A DNA stretch of 64,000 bases from the NCBI GenBank assembly GCA_964187785.1, contig OZ076409.1, forward strand, positions 73,162,001 to 73,226,000, given 5' to 3'. A program made the translations under genes and the position numbers. Each line of letters opens with the position of its first letter. Position 1 is the stretch's first letter. This document shows positions 1 through 12,645 of the stretch, piece after piece. The stretch is from Amphiscolops sp. MND2022. Lineage: Eukaryota. The notes below the pieces were generated by a model. The model did no database searches and was not told the DNA's origin. It worked only from the letters and a program-made list of their open reading frames with translations.

Positions 1-647
1 AAACTGTCTCAGGAATGCGGTGTGAAATTTTCAGCTCAATCGGACTTAAACTCGGGGAGATATAGCGTTTTTCCGGAGCGGGGGGGTTTCATTTTTCTAA
101 CGGTCCAGCTTATCTTTGCCATTTTTTCGAAAATGCACTCGCCTAAAGGCCTCCCCTGGCCGGTTTTATTCCCAGCAAAACCATTTGGCCCTAAATACGG
201 AGTTTCAGCGTTCCAGCATTTCCGGGCGAAAAGTTGTGGGACTTAGAAAATTTCAAAAATTTTCAAAAAATTTTTTTTCCGTTATTTGGGCCCCCAAAGT
301 GGGGGAAAGCACCCCCCAACCAGTAAAGCAAGTGAATGCATGTGGAAAGCCCTTGTTTAGAGGAGAAAAATGCCGTTTAGAACGTCTTTTTATCTTGGCT
401 CAACGTTGACTTATGACGTTTTGAAGGTGATGTTTGGAGGTGTAAAGCACGTGAATAGTAAACGTTATGAGTATTTATCTGATCTGAAAGCCATTGAGAT
501 GCAATATGGTTTGCTCAAAACGTAATTCATTGCAGTTTGGCAATCAATCAACACCCTTTGTTGTCGTTTGACATACTTTTTTGTTGTTATAATAAAAAAT
601 TTTGTGTATTTATTCATTTTTTTCTCATCAAATAACTTGGAACAGTT

Positions 648-692
648 GAGTACATTCCATCCCCCCCTTCCGGGGGAGATGAGAATGTACTC
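648..692. other. Long imperfect inverted repeat H1 (GAGTACATT...AATGTACTC), representative copy
   Basis: Arms GAGTACATTCCATCYCCC / GGGAGATGAGAATGTACTC; present in types A, B, X, G, E, F, H and K. Confidence 0.85.
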
Positions 693-898
693 GCAAAAAG
701 CACCGAACTACGGCCCTTACCTTCCCGAGCTACGCAGTATAAGGATTACATATTGGTTCCGACATTTTCATAGAGTTATATCTTGGTAATCTGTCTGGAT
801 ATGCCGAAAAATCAGCACGTGCCTTTTAATACCAAGTTGCTCACAACGACAATTATTTTATATCAACGCCCCCATATTTATCAACGCCCCCCGTCCGT

Positions 899-918
899 GG
901 GCATGCCGAGGCATGCCC
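899..918. promoter_or_regulatory. Conserved palindrome GGGCATGCC-GA-GGCATGCCC, representative copy (putative protein-binding site or hairpin; p53-consensus-like)
   Basis: Perfect 9-bp inverted repeat, nearly invariant at 30 unit ends; function is inferred. Confidence 0.6.
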
Positions 919-963
919 TTCGACGACCCGCACCAAAATATGCGTTAGCGCGGTAGCTGCTAG

Positions 964-2278
964 GTGCCGGGATTTCTATTCGATAAAGTATGTGGCGCGC
1001 CTTGGGTAGGGTCCCTTGCGCGCTCTTGGGTATGGTGTTCACCAGCTAGGAAACAGGGGTCGATTTTTCGGGATCTCCTAAACTAGCCACACGATTTGGC
1101 TGAAATTTGGCACACGTACTCCCCTCGGCACGGTGAAGATGATTTCCTACTGACGTTTTTCCCGCAAAATTTTTTTTGTTGTCCAAAATAACGGTTTTTG
1201 GGGTAAAATTTTGAATTTTTTTTAAATTTTATCTTATATCTCGCCACCGGTTTACGCTAGCGCTTCAAAACCCTGCTAAAGAAAGCTTGCAAACTGTCTC
1301 AGGAATGCGGTGTGAAATTTTCAGCTCAATCGGACTTAAACTCGGGGAGATATAGCGTTTTTCCGGAGCGGGGGGGGTTTCATTTTTCTAACGGTCCAGC
1401 TTATCTTAGCCATTTTTTCGAAAATGTACTCGCCTAAAGACCTCCCCTGGCCGGTTTCATTCCCAGCAAAACCATTTGGCCCTAAATACGGAGTTTCAGC
1501 GTTCCAGCATTCCCGGGCGAAAAGTTGTGGGACTTAGAAAAATTCAAAAATTTTCAAAAAAATTTTTTTCCGTTTTCCGCCCTCCCCCCCTAGGGGAAAA
1601 GACCCCCCAACCAGTAATTTGAGTGAATTCATGTGGAAAGGCCATGTTTAGACGAAAAAATTGCCGTTTAGAACGTCTTTCTATCTCAACCTGACATTGA
1701 CTTATGAAGCTTTAAAGGTGATGTTTGGACGTGTGAAGAATGTAAAAAAAGGAATTTTTTTGATTTTATTTAATCAGAAAGTCATTGAATCACACGCTGT
1801 GAAGCCCAGAGCGTGGTTTCTAATAGTTTGGTATCGTTTAAACGCATTTTGATGTCTTTTTACTCTGTTTAAAAAACTTTTCTCATGAAAATTAATAAAT
1901 TTTGATTACTTTTCTTACTTTCCATTAATTTTTTTTTCTTATATTTTTACTTGAAACAGTTGAGTACATTCCATCTCCCTTCCCGGGGGAGATGAGAATG
2001 TAGTCGCAAAAAGCCGCGAACTACGGCCCATACCTTCCCGAGATACGCAGTATAAAGATAACATAATGGTCCAGACATTTTAATGGAGTTGTATCTTGGT
2101 AATATGTCTGGATTTGCAGAAAAATCAGCACGTGCCATTTTATACCAAGTTGCTCGCAACGACAATTAATTTAAATCAACGCCCCCCACAAAAATCAACG
2201 CCCCCCGTCCGTGGGCATGCCGAGGCATGCCCTTCGACGACGTGCACCAAAATATGCCCCGAGCGCGTTAGCAGCTAG
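964..2278 (+). mobile_element. Type A unit (1315 bp)
   Basis: Starts GTGCCGGGATTTC. 5' hairpin 995-1023, GAGTACATT hairpin ~1962, palindrome 2213-2232, ends CTAG. Confidence 0.75.
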
Positions 2279-3592
2279 GTGCCGGGATTTCTATTCGATA
2301 AAGTATTTTGCGCGGTTGGGTAGGGCCCCGTGAGCGCGCCAGGGGATTGTGTTAGAACAACCGGAAATTCGGCATACGATTTTGGCGATTTTCTAAACTA
2401 TCCATACGATTTGGCTCAAATTTGGCATACGGGTTCCTGAGACAGATATAAGAACTAATTCCTACTGGCGTTTTGCCCGGAAAATTTTTTTTGTTGCCCA
2501 AAACTGAAATTTTCGGCAAAAAAATGCGATTTTTTTTGAAAATTTTTTTTTGAGAGGCCATATCTTTTTTCAGGGTGCCCGGAGCGGGACGCGTTAAACT
2601 GATTATAAACTCTACGGTTCATGGGCTTTACGGAGAACCTAGGCTCGTTTCGCTCGGACAAATAGTCTTGGAGATATAACGGTCTTTTTCGGGAATTTTT
2701 TGAAAATTTTTCTAACGGTCCAGCTTATCTTTGCCATTTTTTCGAAAATGTACTCGCCTAAAGGCCTCCCCTGGCCGGTTTTATTCCCAGCAAAACCATT
2801 TGGCCCTAAATACAGAGTTTCAGCGTTCCAGCATTCCGGGGCGAAAAGTTGTGGGACTTAGAAAAGTTTCAAAATTTTTCAAAATTTTTTTTTCCGTTTT
2901 CCGCCCTCCCCCCCGAGGGGAAAAGACCCCCCAACCAGTAATTTGAGGAAATTCATGTGGAAAGGCCATGTTTAGAGGAGAAAAATGCCGTTTAGATCGT
3001 CTTTTTATTTTAACCTGTCGTTGACTCATGTTGTTTTGAAGGTGATGTTTGGATGTGTGAAGCATGTGAAAAGGTAATTTATTGTGTCTTTAGCTCTTCT
3101 AAAAGCCATTGAGATACACGATGTGTGACTCAGAACGTGTTTAATTCTAATTTAGCAATGCATCAACACTTTTTTGTGTCTTTTGACTCTGTTTAAAAAA
3201 ATTTTTCCGACTAAAATCAAAAATTATTTATAATTATTCACATTTTTTTTTTGATCTCATGACTCGAAACAGTTGAGTACATTCCATCTCCCTTCCCGGG
3301 GGAGATGAGAATGTACTCTTTAGAGACCAGGTACTACAGTACTTACCTTCCCCGAGCAACGCCCCATAAAAATTGCGTTTTGACACAGATATTTTGACAA
3401 AATTTTATCTTTGTAATTTGACTGGAAATGAAGAAAATGCCGCACGTGCTCTTTTATATCAAGTATCTCAACAACGCCATCTCTTTTACGTCAACGTCCC
3501 ATACTTTAAATCAACGCCCACCGTCCGTGGGCATGCCGAGGCATGCCCTTCGACGACGTATAGCAAGATATACCTTGAGCGCGTTAGCCTAG
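2279..3592 (+). mobile_element. Type A unit variant (1314 bp)
   Basis: Starts GTGCCGGGATTTC. Shares the CCATTTGGCCCTAAATAC core; hairpin ~3275, palindrome 3529-3548, ends CTAG. Confidence 0.75.
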
Positions 3593-4878
3593 GTGCCGGG
3601 ATTTCTATTCGATAAAGTATGTGGCGCGTGTGGGTAGGGTCCCTGGCGCGCTCTTGGGTATGGTGTTCACCAGCTAGGAAATAGGGGTCGATTTTTCGGG
3701 ATCTCCTAAACTAGCCACACGATTTGGCTGAAATTTGGCACACGTACTCCCCTCGGCACGGTGAAGATGATTTCCTACTGACGTTTTGCTCGCAAAATTT
3801 TTTTTGTTGTCCAAAATAACGGTTTTTGGGGTAAAATTTTGAATTTTTTTAAAATTTTATCTTATATCTCGCCACCGGTTCACGCTAGCGCTTCAAAACC
3901 CTGCTAAAGAAAGCTTGCAAGCTGTCTCAGGAATGCGGTGTGAAATTTTCAGCTCAATCGGACTTAAACTCGGGGAGATATAGCGTTTTTCCGGAGCGGG
4001 GGGGTTTCATTTTTCTAACGGTCCAGCTTATCTTTGCCATTTTTTCGAAAATGCACTCGCCTAAAGGCCTCCCCTGGCCGGTTTTATTCCCAGCAAAACC
4101 ATTTGGCCCTAAATACGGAGTTTCAGCGTTCCAGCATTCCCGGGCGAAAAGTTGTGGGACTTAGAAAAGTTCAAAAATTTTCAAAAAATTTTTTTTCCGT
4201 TTTCCGCCCTCCCCCCCTAGGGGAAAAGACCCCCCAACCAGTAATTTGAGTGAATTCATGTGGAAAGGCCTTGTTTAGAGGAGAAAAATGCCGTTTAGAA
4301 CGTCTTTTTATCTTGGCTCAACGTTGACTTATGACGTTTTGAAGGTGATGTTTGGAGGTGTAAAGCACCTGAATAGTAAACGTTATGAGTATTTATCTGA
4401 TCTGAAAGCCATTGAGATGAATATGGTTTGCTCAAAACGTAATTCATGGCAGTTTGGCAATCAATCAACACCCTTTGTTGTCGTTTGACATACTTTTTTG
4501 TTGTTATAATAAAAAATTTTGTGTTTTTATTCATTTTTTTGTCATCAAATAACTTGAAACAGTTGAGTACATTCCATCCCCCCCTTCCGGGGGAGATGAG
4601 AATGTACTCGCAAAAAGCACCGAACTACGGTCCTTACCTTCCCGAGCTACGCAGTATAAGGATTACATATTGGTTCCGACATTTTGACAGAGTTATATCT
4701 TGGTAATCTGTCTGGATATGCAGAAAAACCAGCACGTGCTTTTTTATACCAAGTTGCTCACAACGACAATTATTTTATATCAACGCCCCCATATTTATCA
4801 ACGCCCCCCGTCCGTGGGCATGCCGAGGCATGCCCTTCGACAACGTATACCAAGATATGTTCGAGCGCGTTAGCCTAG
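3593..4878 (+). mobile_element. Type A unit (1286 bp)
   Basis: Head matches the 964 unit and tail matches the 1-963 unit. Palindrome 4816-4835, ends CTAG. Confidence 0.75.
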
Positions 4879-6151
4879 GTGCCGGGATTACTATTCGATA
4901 AGGAATTTTGCGCGGTTGGGTAGGGCCCCGTGAGCGCGCCAGGGGATAGTGTTAGAACAACAAGGATTTGGGCATCAGTTGGGAGCGATTTTCTAAACTA
5001 TCCGTACGATTTTGCTGAAATTTGGCACGAAGCTTCCTTGGAACATTCTAAGAACAAATCCCTACTGGCGTTTTGCTGGGAAAAATCAAAAAGTTGGTCA
5101 AAAATGCGATTTTCCGACAAAATTTTGGGGTAAAATTTTTTTGAAACGTTATATCTCGCCACAGGGTCACGCTAGCGCCTCGCAACCTATGATCGTGTTT
5201 TGTTGGGCGTTGTCTGTAGAACACGTATGCCAAATTTGGTGGCGATCGGACTTAAACTCAGGGAGATATAGCGATTTTTTAGGTGCATTTTTTGACATTT
5301 TTTGCATTTGCCGATTTATCTCTGCCGTTTTTGCTCAAATTTTTTTTGAGACACTCTCCTAAAGACCTCCCCTGGCCGGTTTACCTCCCAGAAAAACCAT
5401 TTGGCCCTAAATACGAAGTTTCAGCGTTCTAGCATTCCCGGGCAAAAAGTTGTGGGACTTAGAATAGTTTTTATGGTAACGCAAAATGTGTAAAGTCAAC
5501 TTCAGGCCTCCCAAAGTCAAAGAACTTCCACACAACTAGGATTGCAAGTGGGTGCATGTGGAAAGTACTCGGATAGACGAGAAAAATGAGCTATAGAACG
5601 ACTCTGTAGCTTAACCTGACGTTGACTTATGACAATTTTAGTGTGAGCTTGCTATTTGGTGTAAAAATTCAAATGATGAAAATCGAAGCTAAGTCTCATC
5701 CAAAACTCATCGGAATACGTTCAATGCATCCCAAAGCGGATTAATTCGAGATGTTTAGTGCAGCAACACCATTCAAGACCATTTGACCCATTTTTATAAG
5801 TTTTGACAACGTATTATTCATACGAGAGCACGAAACAGTTGAGTACATTCCATCTCCCTTTCGGGGGAGATGAGAATGTACTCGCTAAAGTCCAGGTACT
5901 ACAGCCCATATTTGCTTTTATGCGACGCTCTTATGCTAGTGCGCATACTTTTTAATCGTTTAACTGAATTAATTTTCTTCTGTCTGCACTTTGACTTTGA
6001 CTTGACATATAGTGAACGTTTTGTCTTACAACTTACAAATGAGTAACGTCAACGCCCCATCCTTGCATCAACGCCCACCGTCCGTGGGCATGCCGAGGCA
6101 TGCCCTTCGACGACGTATGCCAAGATATATCCCAAGCGCGGTAGCCGCTAG
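4879..6151 (+). mobile_element. Type A unit variant (1273 bp)
   Basis: Head resembles the 2279 unit; interior carries the CCACACAACTAG module seen in types G, E and F. Hairpin ~5841, ends CTAG. Confidence 0.72.
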
Positions 6152-7420
6152 GTGGCCGTGTCTTTTCGACGTGCTTTTGCATTGAGGAGTGGGTAGGGCC
6201 CCGCGACGACCTAGAAGAATTGGATGCTCACCGAAACGTGCAGAATTCTACGAGATCTCATAGTTTGAGCCATACGATTTTTCTGAAATTTGGCATGTGG
6301 CCTGGAATTGGTGAGTAGGTAAAACGTGTAGGAGGTGATTTTTCCCAAATTCCACTGTGAGACGAGATATGGGCAAATAACGGTCCCAAAAATGGCAAAA
6401 ATGCACTTTTTTCAACTTTGTCAGCCCATATCTCGTTCCCAGGTGCCCGGAGCGGGACGCGTTAAGCTGATTATAAACTCTAGGGTGTTGAGGCTGTACG
6501 GTGAACTTGGGCCCGTTCCGATCGGACTTGTAGTCTTGGAGAAATAACGGTATTTTTGGGGAACCTTTTCTAACGGTCCAGCTTATCTTTGCCATTTTTT
6601 CGAAAATGTACTCGCCTAAAGGCCTCCCCCTGGCCGAATTTACTCCCAGCAAAACCATTTGGCCCTAAATACGGAGTTTCAGCGTTCCAGCATTCCCGGG
6701 CGAAAAGTTCTGGGACTTGGAAAATTTTCAAAAATTTTCAAAAATTTTTTTTTTCGTTTTCCGGGCCCCCAATGAAGGGGAAACGACCCCCCAACCAGTA
6801 TTTTGAGTTAATTCATGTGGAAAGCCCTTGTTTTGACGAGAAAAATACCGTTTAGAACATCTTTTTATCTTGACTCAACGTTGACTTATGACGTTTTGAA
6901 TGTGATGTAAGGATGTAGGAGGCATGTGATAAGTTGATGTTTTGAGTCTTTATCTCATATGAAAGCGGTTGAGATGCAAGCTGTCCTGCTCAAAACGTCT
7001 TTCGTTGTAATTTTCCAGTGCACCAATACCCTTTGGTGTCATATAAACATACTTTTTGTCGATATATTAACAATTTTAATGTATTTATTCCAATTTTTAT
7101 TATCTTATAACTCAAAACAGTTGAGTACATTTCATCTCCCTTTCGGGGGAGATGAGAATGTACTCGCTAAAGACCTAGCGCCATGACCAAAAGTTTGAAA
7201 CCCACGTTTTTTATCTTCTTACAGACTTGTTTTTGTATTTTTTCGGATTTTTTTAAAAATTAATATACTTGAAATACATTACTTGACTTTACTACTACAA
7301 CCCACCTCCAACGACAACGCCCCCCTGCTTGCATCAACGCCCACCGTCCGTGGGCATGCCGAGGCATGCCCTTCGACGACGTATGCCAAATGCCCAGTGC
7401 CACGCAGTCATTATCGCTAG
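6152..7420 (+). mobile_element. Type B1 unit (1269 bp)
   Basis: Starts GTGGCCGTGTC; near-identical to 8703-9970. Confidence 0.75.
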
Positions 7421-8702
7421 GTGGCCGTGTCTTTTCGACGTGCTTTTGCATTGAGGAGTGGGTAGGGCCCCGCGACGACCTAGAAGAATTGGATGCTCAC
7501 CGAAACGTGCAGAATTCTACGAGATCTCATAGTTTGAGCCATACGATTTTTCTGAAATTTGGCATGTGGCCTGGAATTGGTGAGTAGGTAAAACGTGTAG
7601 AAGGTAATTTTTCCCAAATTCCACTGTGAGAGGAGATATGGGCAAATAACGGACCCAAAAATGGCAAAAATGCACATTTTTCAACTTTGTCAGCCAATAT
7701 CTCTTTTCCAGGTGCCCGTAGCGTTCCGCACGTGGACATCAATATTGCTCAGCGCTGTTGGAGGAGTGCGTGGACAAATTTTGATTTAAATCGGACTTAA
7801 ACTTGACGAGAAATTAACGGTTTTTTGGGCGTTTCCGGGGTAAATTTTTTAACGGTCCAGCTTATCTTTGCCATTTTTTCGAAAATGTACATGCCTAAAG
7901 GCCTCCCCCTGGCCGAATTTACTCCCAGCAAACCCATTTGGCCCTAAATACGGAGTTTCAGCGTTCCAGCATTCCGGGGCGGAAAGTTGTGGGACTTGGA
8001 AAAATTTCAAAATTTTTTCAAATTTTTTTTTCCCGTTTTCCGGGCCCCCAATGAAGGGGAACGACCCCCCAACCAGTATTTTGAGTGAATTCATGTGAAA
8101 CGCCCATGTTTGGAGGAGAAAAATGCCGTTTAGAACATCTTTTTATCTTAACTTGACATTGACTTATGACGTTTTGAATGTGATGTTAGGATATATGAAG
8201 CATGTTAAAAGTTGAAGTTTTGAGTCTTTATCTGATCGGAAAACCATTGAGATACAAGCAGTTTTGCTAAAAACGATTTTCATTGTAGGTTAGCAGAGTA
8301 TTAGTACACTTTGATGTCATTTGAGTATTTTTTTTCTTCTATATAATAACTGTTTTTATGTATTTATTCCAATTTATCTCATCTTTTAACATCAAGCAGT
8401 TGAGTACATTTCATCTCCCTTTCGGGGGAGATGAGAATGTACTCGCTAAAAACCTAATGCTATGGCGCCAATGTTTGGATGGGAAGTTTTCTATGCTTTG
8501 AAAAAAGTTATTTTTAATTACTTGATTTTTTAAAACAATAATTAACATGAAGTACATTACTTGCTCCTACTACTACCACCATACATCTCTAACGTCAACG
8601 CCCCCTGCTTGCATCAACGCCCCATCGTCCGTGGGCATGCCGAGGCATGCCCTTCGACGACGTATGCCAAATGCCCAGTGCCACGCAGTCTTTCCCCGCT
8701 AG
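7421..8702 (+). mobile_element. Type B2 unit (1282 bp)
   Basis: Starts GTGGCCGTGTC; near-identical to 9971-11253. Confidence 0.75.
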
Positions 8703-9970
8703 GTGGCCGTGTCTTTTCGACGTGCTTTTGCATTGAGGAGTGGGTAGGGCCCCGCGACGACCTAGAAGAATTGGATGCTCACCGAAACGTGCAGAATTCT
8801 ACGAGATCTCATAGTTTGAGCCATACGATTTTTCTGAAATTTGGCATGTGGCCTGGAATTGGTGAGTAGGTAAAACGTGTAGGAGGTGATTTTTCCCAAA
8901 TTCCACTGTGAGAGGAGATATGGGCAAATAACGGTCCCAAAAATGGCAAAAATGCACTTTTTTCAACTTTGTCAGCCCATATCTCGTTCCCAGGTGCCCG
9001 GAGCGGGACGCGTTAAGCTGAATATAAACTCTAGGGTGTTGAGGCTGTACGGTGAACTTGGGCCCGTTCCGATCGGACTTGTAGTCTTGGAGAAATAACG
9101 GTATTTTTGGGGAACCTTTTCTAACGGTCCAGCTTATCTTTGCCATTTTTTCGAAAATGTACTCGCCTAAAGGCCTCCCCCTGGCCGAATTTACTCCCAG
9201 CAAAACCATTTGGCCCTAAATACGGAGTTTCAGCGTTCCAGCATTCCCGGGCGAAAAGTTGTGGGACTTGGAAAATTTTCAAAAATTTTCAAAAAATTTT
9301 TTTTCGTTTTCCGGGCCCCCAATGAAGGGGAAACGACCCCCCAACCAGTAATTTGAGTGAATGCATGTCAAAAGCCCTTGTTTTGACGAGAAAAATACCG
9401 TTTAGAACATCTTTTTATCTTGACTCAACGTTGACTTATGACGTTTTGAATGTGATGTAAGGATGTAGGAGGCATGTGAAAAGTTGATGTTTTGAGTCTT
9501 TATCTCATATGAAAGCGGTTGAGATGCAAGCTGTCCTGCTCAAAACGTCTTTCGTTGTAATTTTCCAGTGCACCAATACCCTTTGGTGTCATATAAACAT
9601 ACTTTTCGTCGATATATTAACAATTTTAATGTATTTATTCCAATTTTTATCATCTTATAACTCAAAACAGTTGAGTACATTTCATCTCCCTTTCGGGGGA
9701 GATGAGAATGTACTCGCTAAAGACCTAGCGCCATGACCAAAAGTTTGAAACCCGCGTTTTTTATCTTCTTACAGACTTGTTTTTGTATTTTTTCGGAATT
9801 TTTTAAAAATTCATATACTTGAAATACATTACTTGACTTTACTACTACAACCCACCTCCAACGACAACGCCCCCCTGCTTGCATCAACGCCCACCGTCCG
9901 TGGGCATGCCGAGGCATGCCCTTCGACGACGTATGCCAAATGCCCAGTGCCACGCAGTCATTATCGCTAG
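8703..9970 (+). mobile_element. Type B1 unit (1268 bp)
   Basis: Copy of 6152-7420 at offset 2551; the ORF track shows the same offset (6248 vs 8799). Confidence 0.75.
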
Positions 9971-11253
9971 GTGGCCGTGTCTTTTCGACGTGCTTTTGCA
10001 TTGAGGAGTGGGTAGGGCCCCGCGACGACCTAGAAGAATTGGATGCTCACCGAAACGTGCAGAATTCTACGAGATCTCATAGTTTGAGCCATACGATTTT
10101 TCTGAAATTTGGCATGTGGCCTGGAATTGGTGAGTAGGTAAAACGTGTAGAAGGTAATTTTTCCCAAATTCCACTGTGAGAGGAGATATGGGCAAATAAC
10201 GGACCCAAAAATGGCAAAAATGCACATTTTTCAACTTTGTCAGCCAATATCTCTTTTCCAGGTGCCCGTAGCGTTCCGCACGTGGACATCAATATTGCTC
10301 AGCGCTGTTGGAGGAGTGCGTGGACAAATTTTGGTTTAAATCGGACTTAAACTTGACGAGAAATTAACGGTTTTTTGGGCGTTTCCGGGGTAAATTTTTT
10401 AACGGTCCAGCTTATCTTTGCCATTTTTTCGAAAATGTACATGCCTAAAGGCCTCCCCCTGGCCGAATTTACTCCCAGCAAACCCATTTGGCCCTAAATA
10501 CGGAGTTTCAGCGTTCCAGCATTCCGGGGCGGAAAGTTGTGGGACTTGGAAAAATTTCAAAATTTTTTCAAAAATTTTTTTTCCCGTTTTCCGGGCCCCC
10601 AATGAAGGGGAACGACCCCCCAACCAGTATTTTGAGTGAATTCATGTGGAACGCCCATGTTTGGAGGAGAAAAATGCCGTTTAGAACATCTTTTTATCTT
10701 AACTTGACATTGACTTATGACGTTTTGAATGTGATGTTAGGATATATGAAGCATGTTAAAAGTTGAAGTTTTGAGTCTTTATCTCATCGGAAAACCATTG
10801 AGATACAAGCAGTTTTGCTAAAAACGATTTTCATTGTAGGTTAGCAGAGTATTAGTACACTTTGATGTCATTTGAGTATTTTTTTCTTCTATATAATAAC
10901 TGTTTTTATGTATTTATTCCAATTTATCTCATCTTTTAACATCAAGCAGTTGAGTACATTTCATCTCCCTTTCGGGGGAGATGAGAATGTACTCGCTAAA
11001 AACCTAATGCTATGGCGCCAATGTTTGGATGGGAAGTTTTCTATGCTTTGAAAAAAGTTATTTTTAATTACTTGATTTTTTAAAACAATAATTAACATGA
11101 AGTACATTACTTGCTCCTACTACTACCACCATACATCTCTAACGTCAACGCCCCCTGCTTGCATCAACGCCCCATCGTCCGTGGGCATGCCGAGGCATGC
11201 CCTTCGACGACGTATGCCAAATGCCCAGTGCCACGCAGTCTTTCCCCGGCTAG
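9971..11253 (+). mobile_element. Type B2 unit (1283 bp)
   Basis: Copy of 7421-8702; ends CCCCGGCTAG. Confidence 0.75.
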
Positions 11254-12645
11254 GTGGTCGGGTATTTTTTTTTACTCGTAGATGGCGTTTGCGAGGCTTT
11301 GGGGAGGGCCCCGTGCCGAGCCTGTACCGAAATTTACCACATACCAGAAGTGTCCGATTTAATCGAGATCTCAAAAACTAACCGTTAGAATTCTCTGAAA
11401 TTTTGCATGTGGCCCCTAATCAATGAGTAATGAAAAAGTGTAGAAGTGACGGTTGCTGAAAAACTTGTCTTTGTTGCACTTTTTGCGCAATTTTTGTCGC
11501 ATTGTTGCGTTTTTTATGTCATTTTCGAGTTTTCAAGCAAAAAACTCATAGATGCTTTGTTCCTAGCGTATCAAGTGTGGAGCACGAAAAGTTGTAGCAT
11601 CTTCCATTACGTATGCTGAGAAAATTTGGTTGCCCTCGGATTACCCCCCACAGAGATAGAGGGGTGCATCCGTGTATTTTTGACCCCTAAATTTGGGAAA
11701 TTGCTAATTTTCGTAATAAAGCCGTAGATTTAGCGCGTGCACACCCTGCTGAAGATTTGTTAGGCATTTTGAGATAGATCCGATGACATGCGTTGAGTTC
11801 ACCCCCATCACCCCCTTGACCGGAAATGAACGTTTTTGTGCACTTTCAGACCGGAAGTCTCCATTTTCACCGGTAAGGAGGCATTGTACGAGCAACTAGC
11901 AGGATATCAAAAGTGAAGTATAACCTGGGGTCAACTTAATGACCACGTGTTGTCCAGTCATGGGTTTCACTATGACCGGAAATGGGCTTAAAACCCCCTT
12001 TTGGTAGTATTTTTATCAATTTTCCTTGTGCTTGGTCCACATTCAAGTTGCGTAAGTCAGTTGAACCAGTGAGAGCATAAAATATATATTCACTGCGTAG
12101 TCGTAACTGACACTGCCAGATACCGGAAGTAACCCCCTGTGACCGGAAGAGGTCAATTTTGACCGGAAATGGTCCAAAAAGTAGCGTAAATGCAGTTTTC
12201 AATGCTTCTTAAGGTCAAGTTATTAGTATTTTTCAATTTGAATGCTTTTTTCCACGCAAAAAGCTAACATCGTTGCATGTTTTGCTGAAGATCAGAAAAG
12301 TGATCACCATTGTCACCCCCGATAGCCTTTCAAGTTGACCTTTGGTCAATCTTGAAGGCTATCTGTTCTGAAAACGAAAAATAGTGGAATTTTGTTTCCT
12401 CCTTTCTCTTGATATTTTTCCTTCAAATCAAGTTGTCAAAAGAAAGACATTTGTTCAACTGAGTGATCTGAAACCTGTCCAGAGGTGTCACCCGGACGAA
12501 TACCATTTCAAGCTGAAGTACACAAATCAGGGTAGTATTAGACATCACACACTCCTACCAACTCCCACCGTCTGTGGGCATGCCGAGGCATGCCCTTCGA
12601 CGACGTATGCCAAATAGCGCTACAGGGCGCCCCCATTCCCGCTAG
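11254..12645 (+). mobile_element. Type C unit (1392 bp; ACCGGAA-rich, GATAGCC hairpin)
   Basis: Starts GTGGTCGGGTAT. ACCGGAA at 12122/12142/12162, GATAGCC...GGCTATC hairpin 12321-12363, then palindrome and CTAG. Confidence 0.72.

Larger units (their letters stand above)
1..963 (+). mobile_element. Type A unit, 5'-truncated by window edge (non-autonomous, Helitron-like 3' end inferred)
   Basis: Near-identical to the corresponding parts of 964-2278 and 3593-4878. GAGTACATT hairpin 648-692, palindrome 899-918, CTAG 960-963. Confidence 0.7.
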
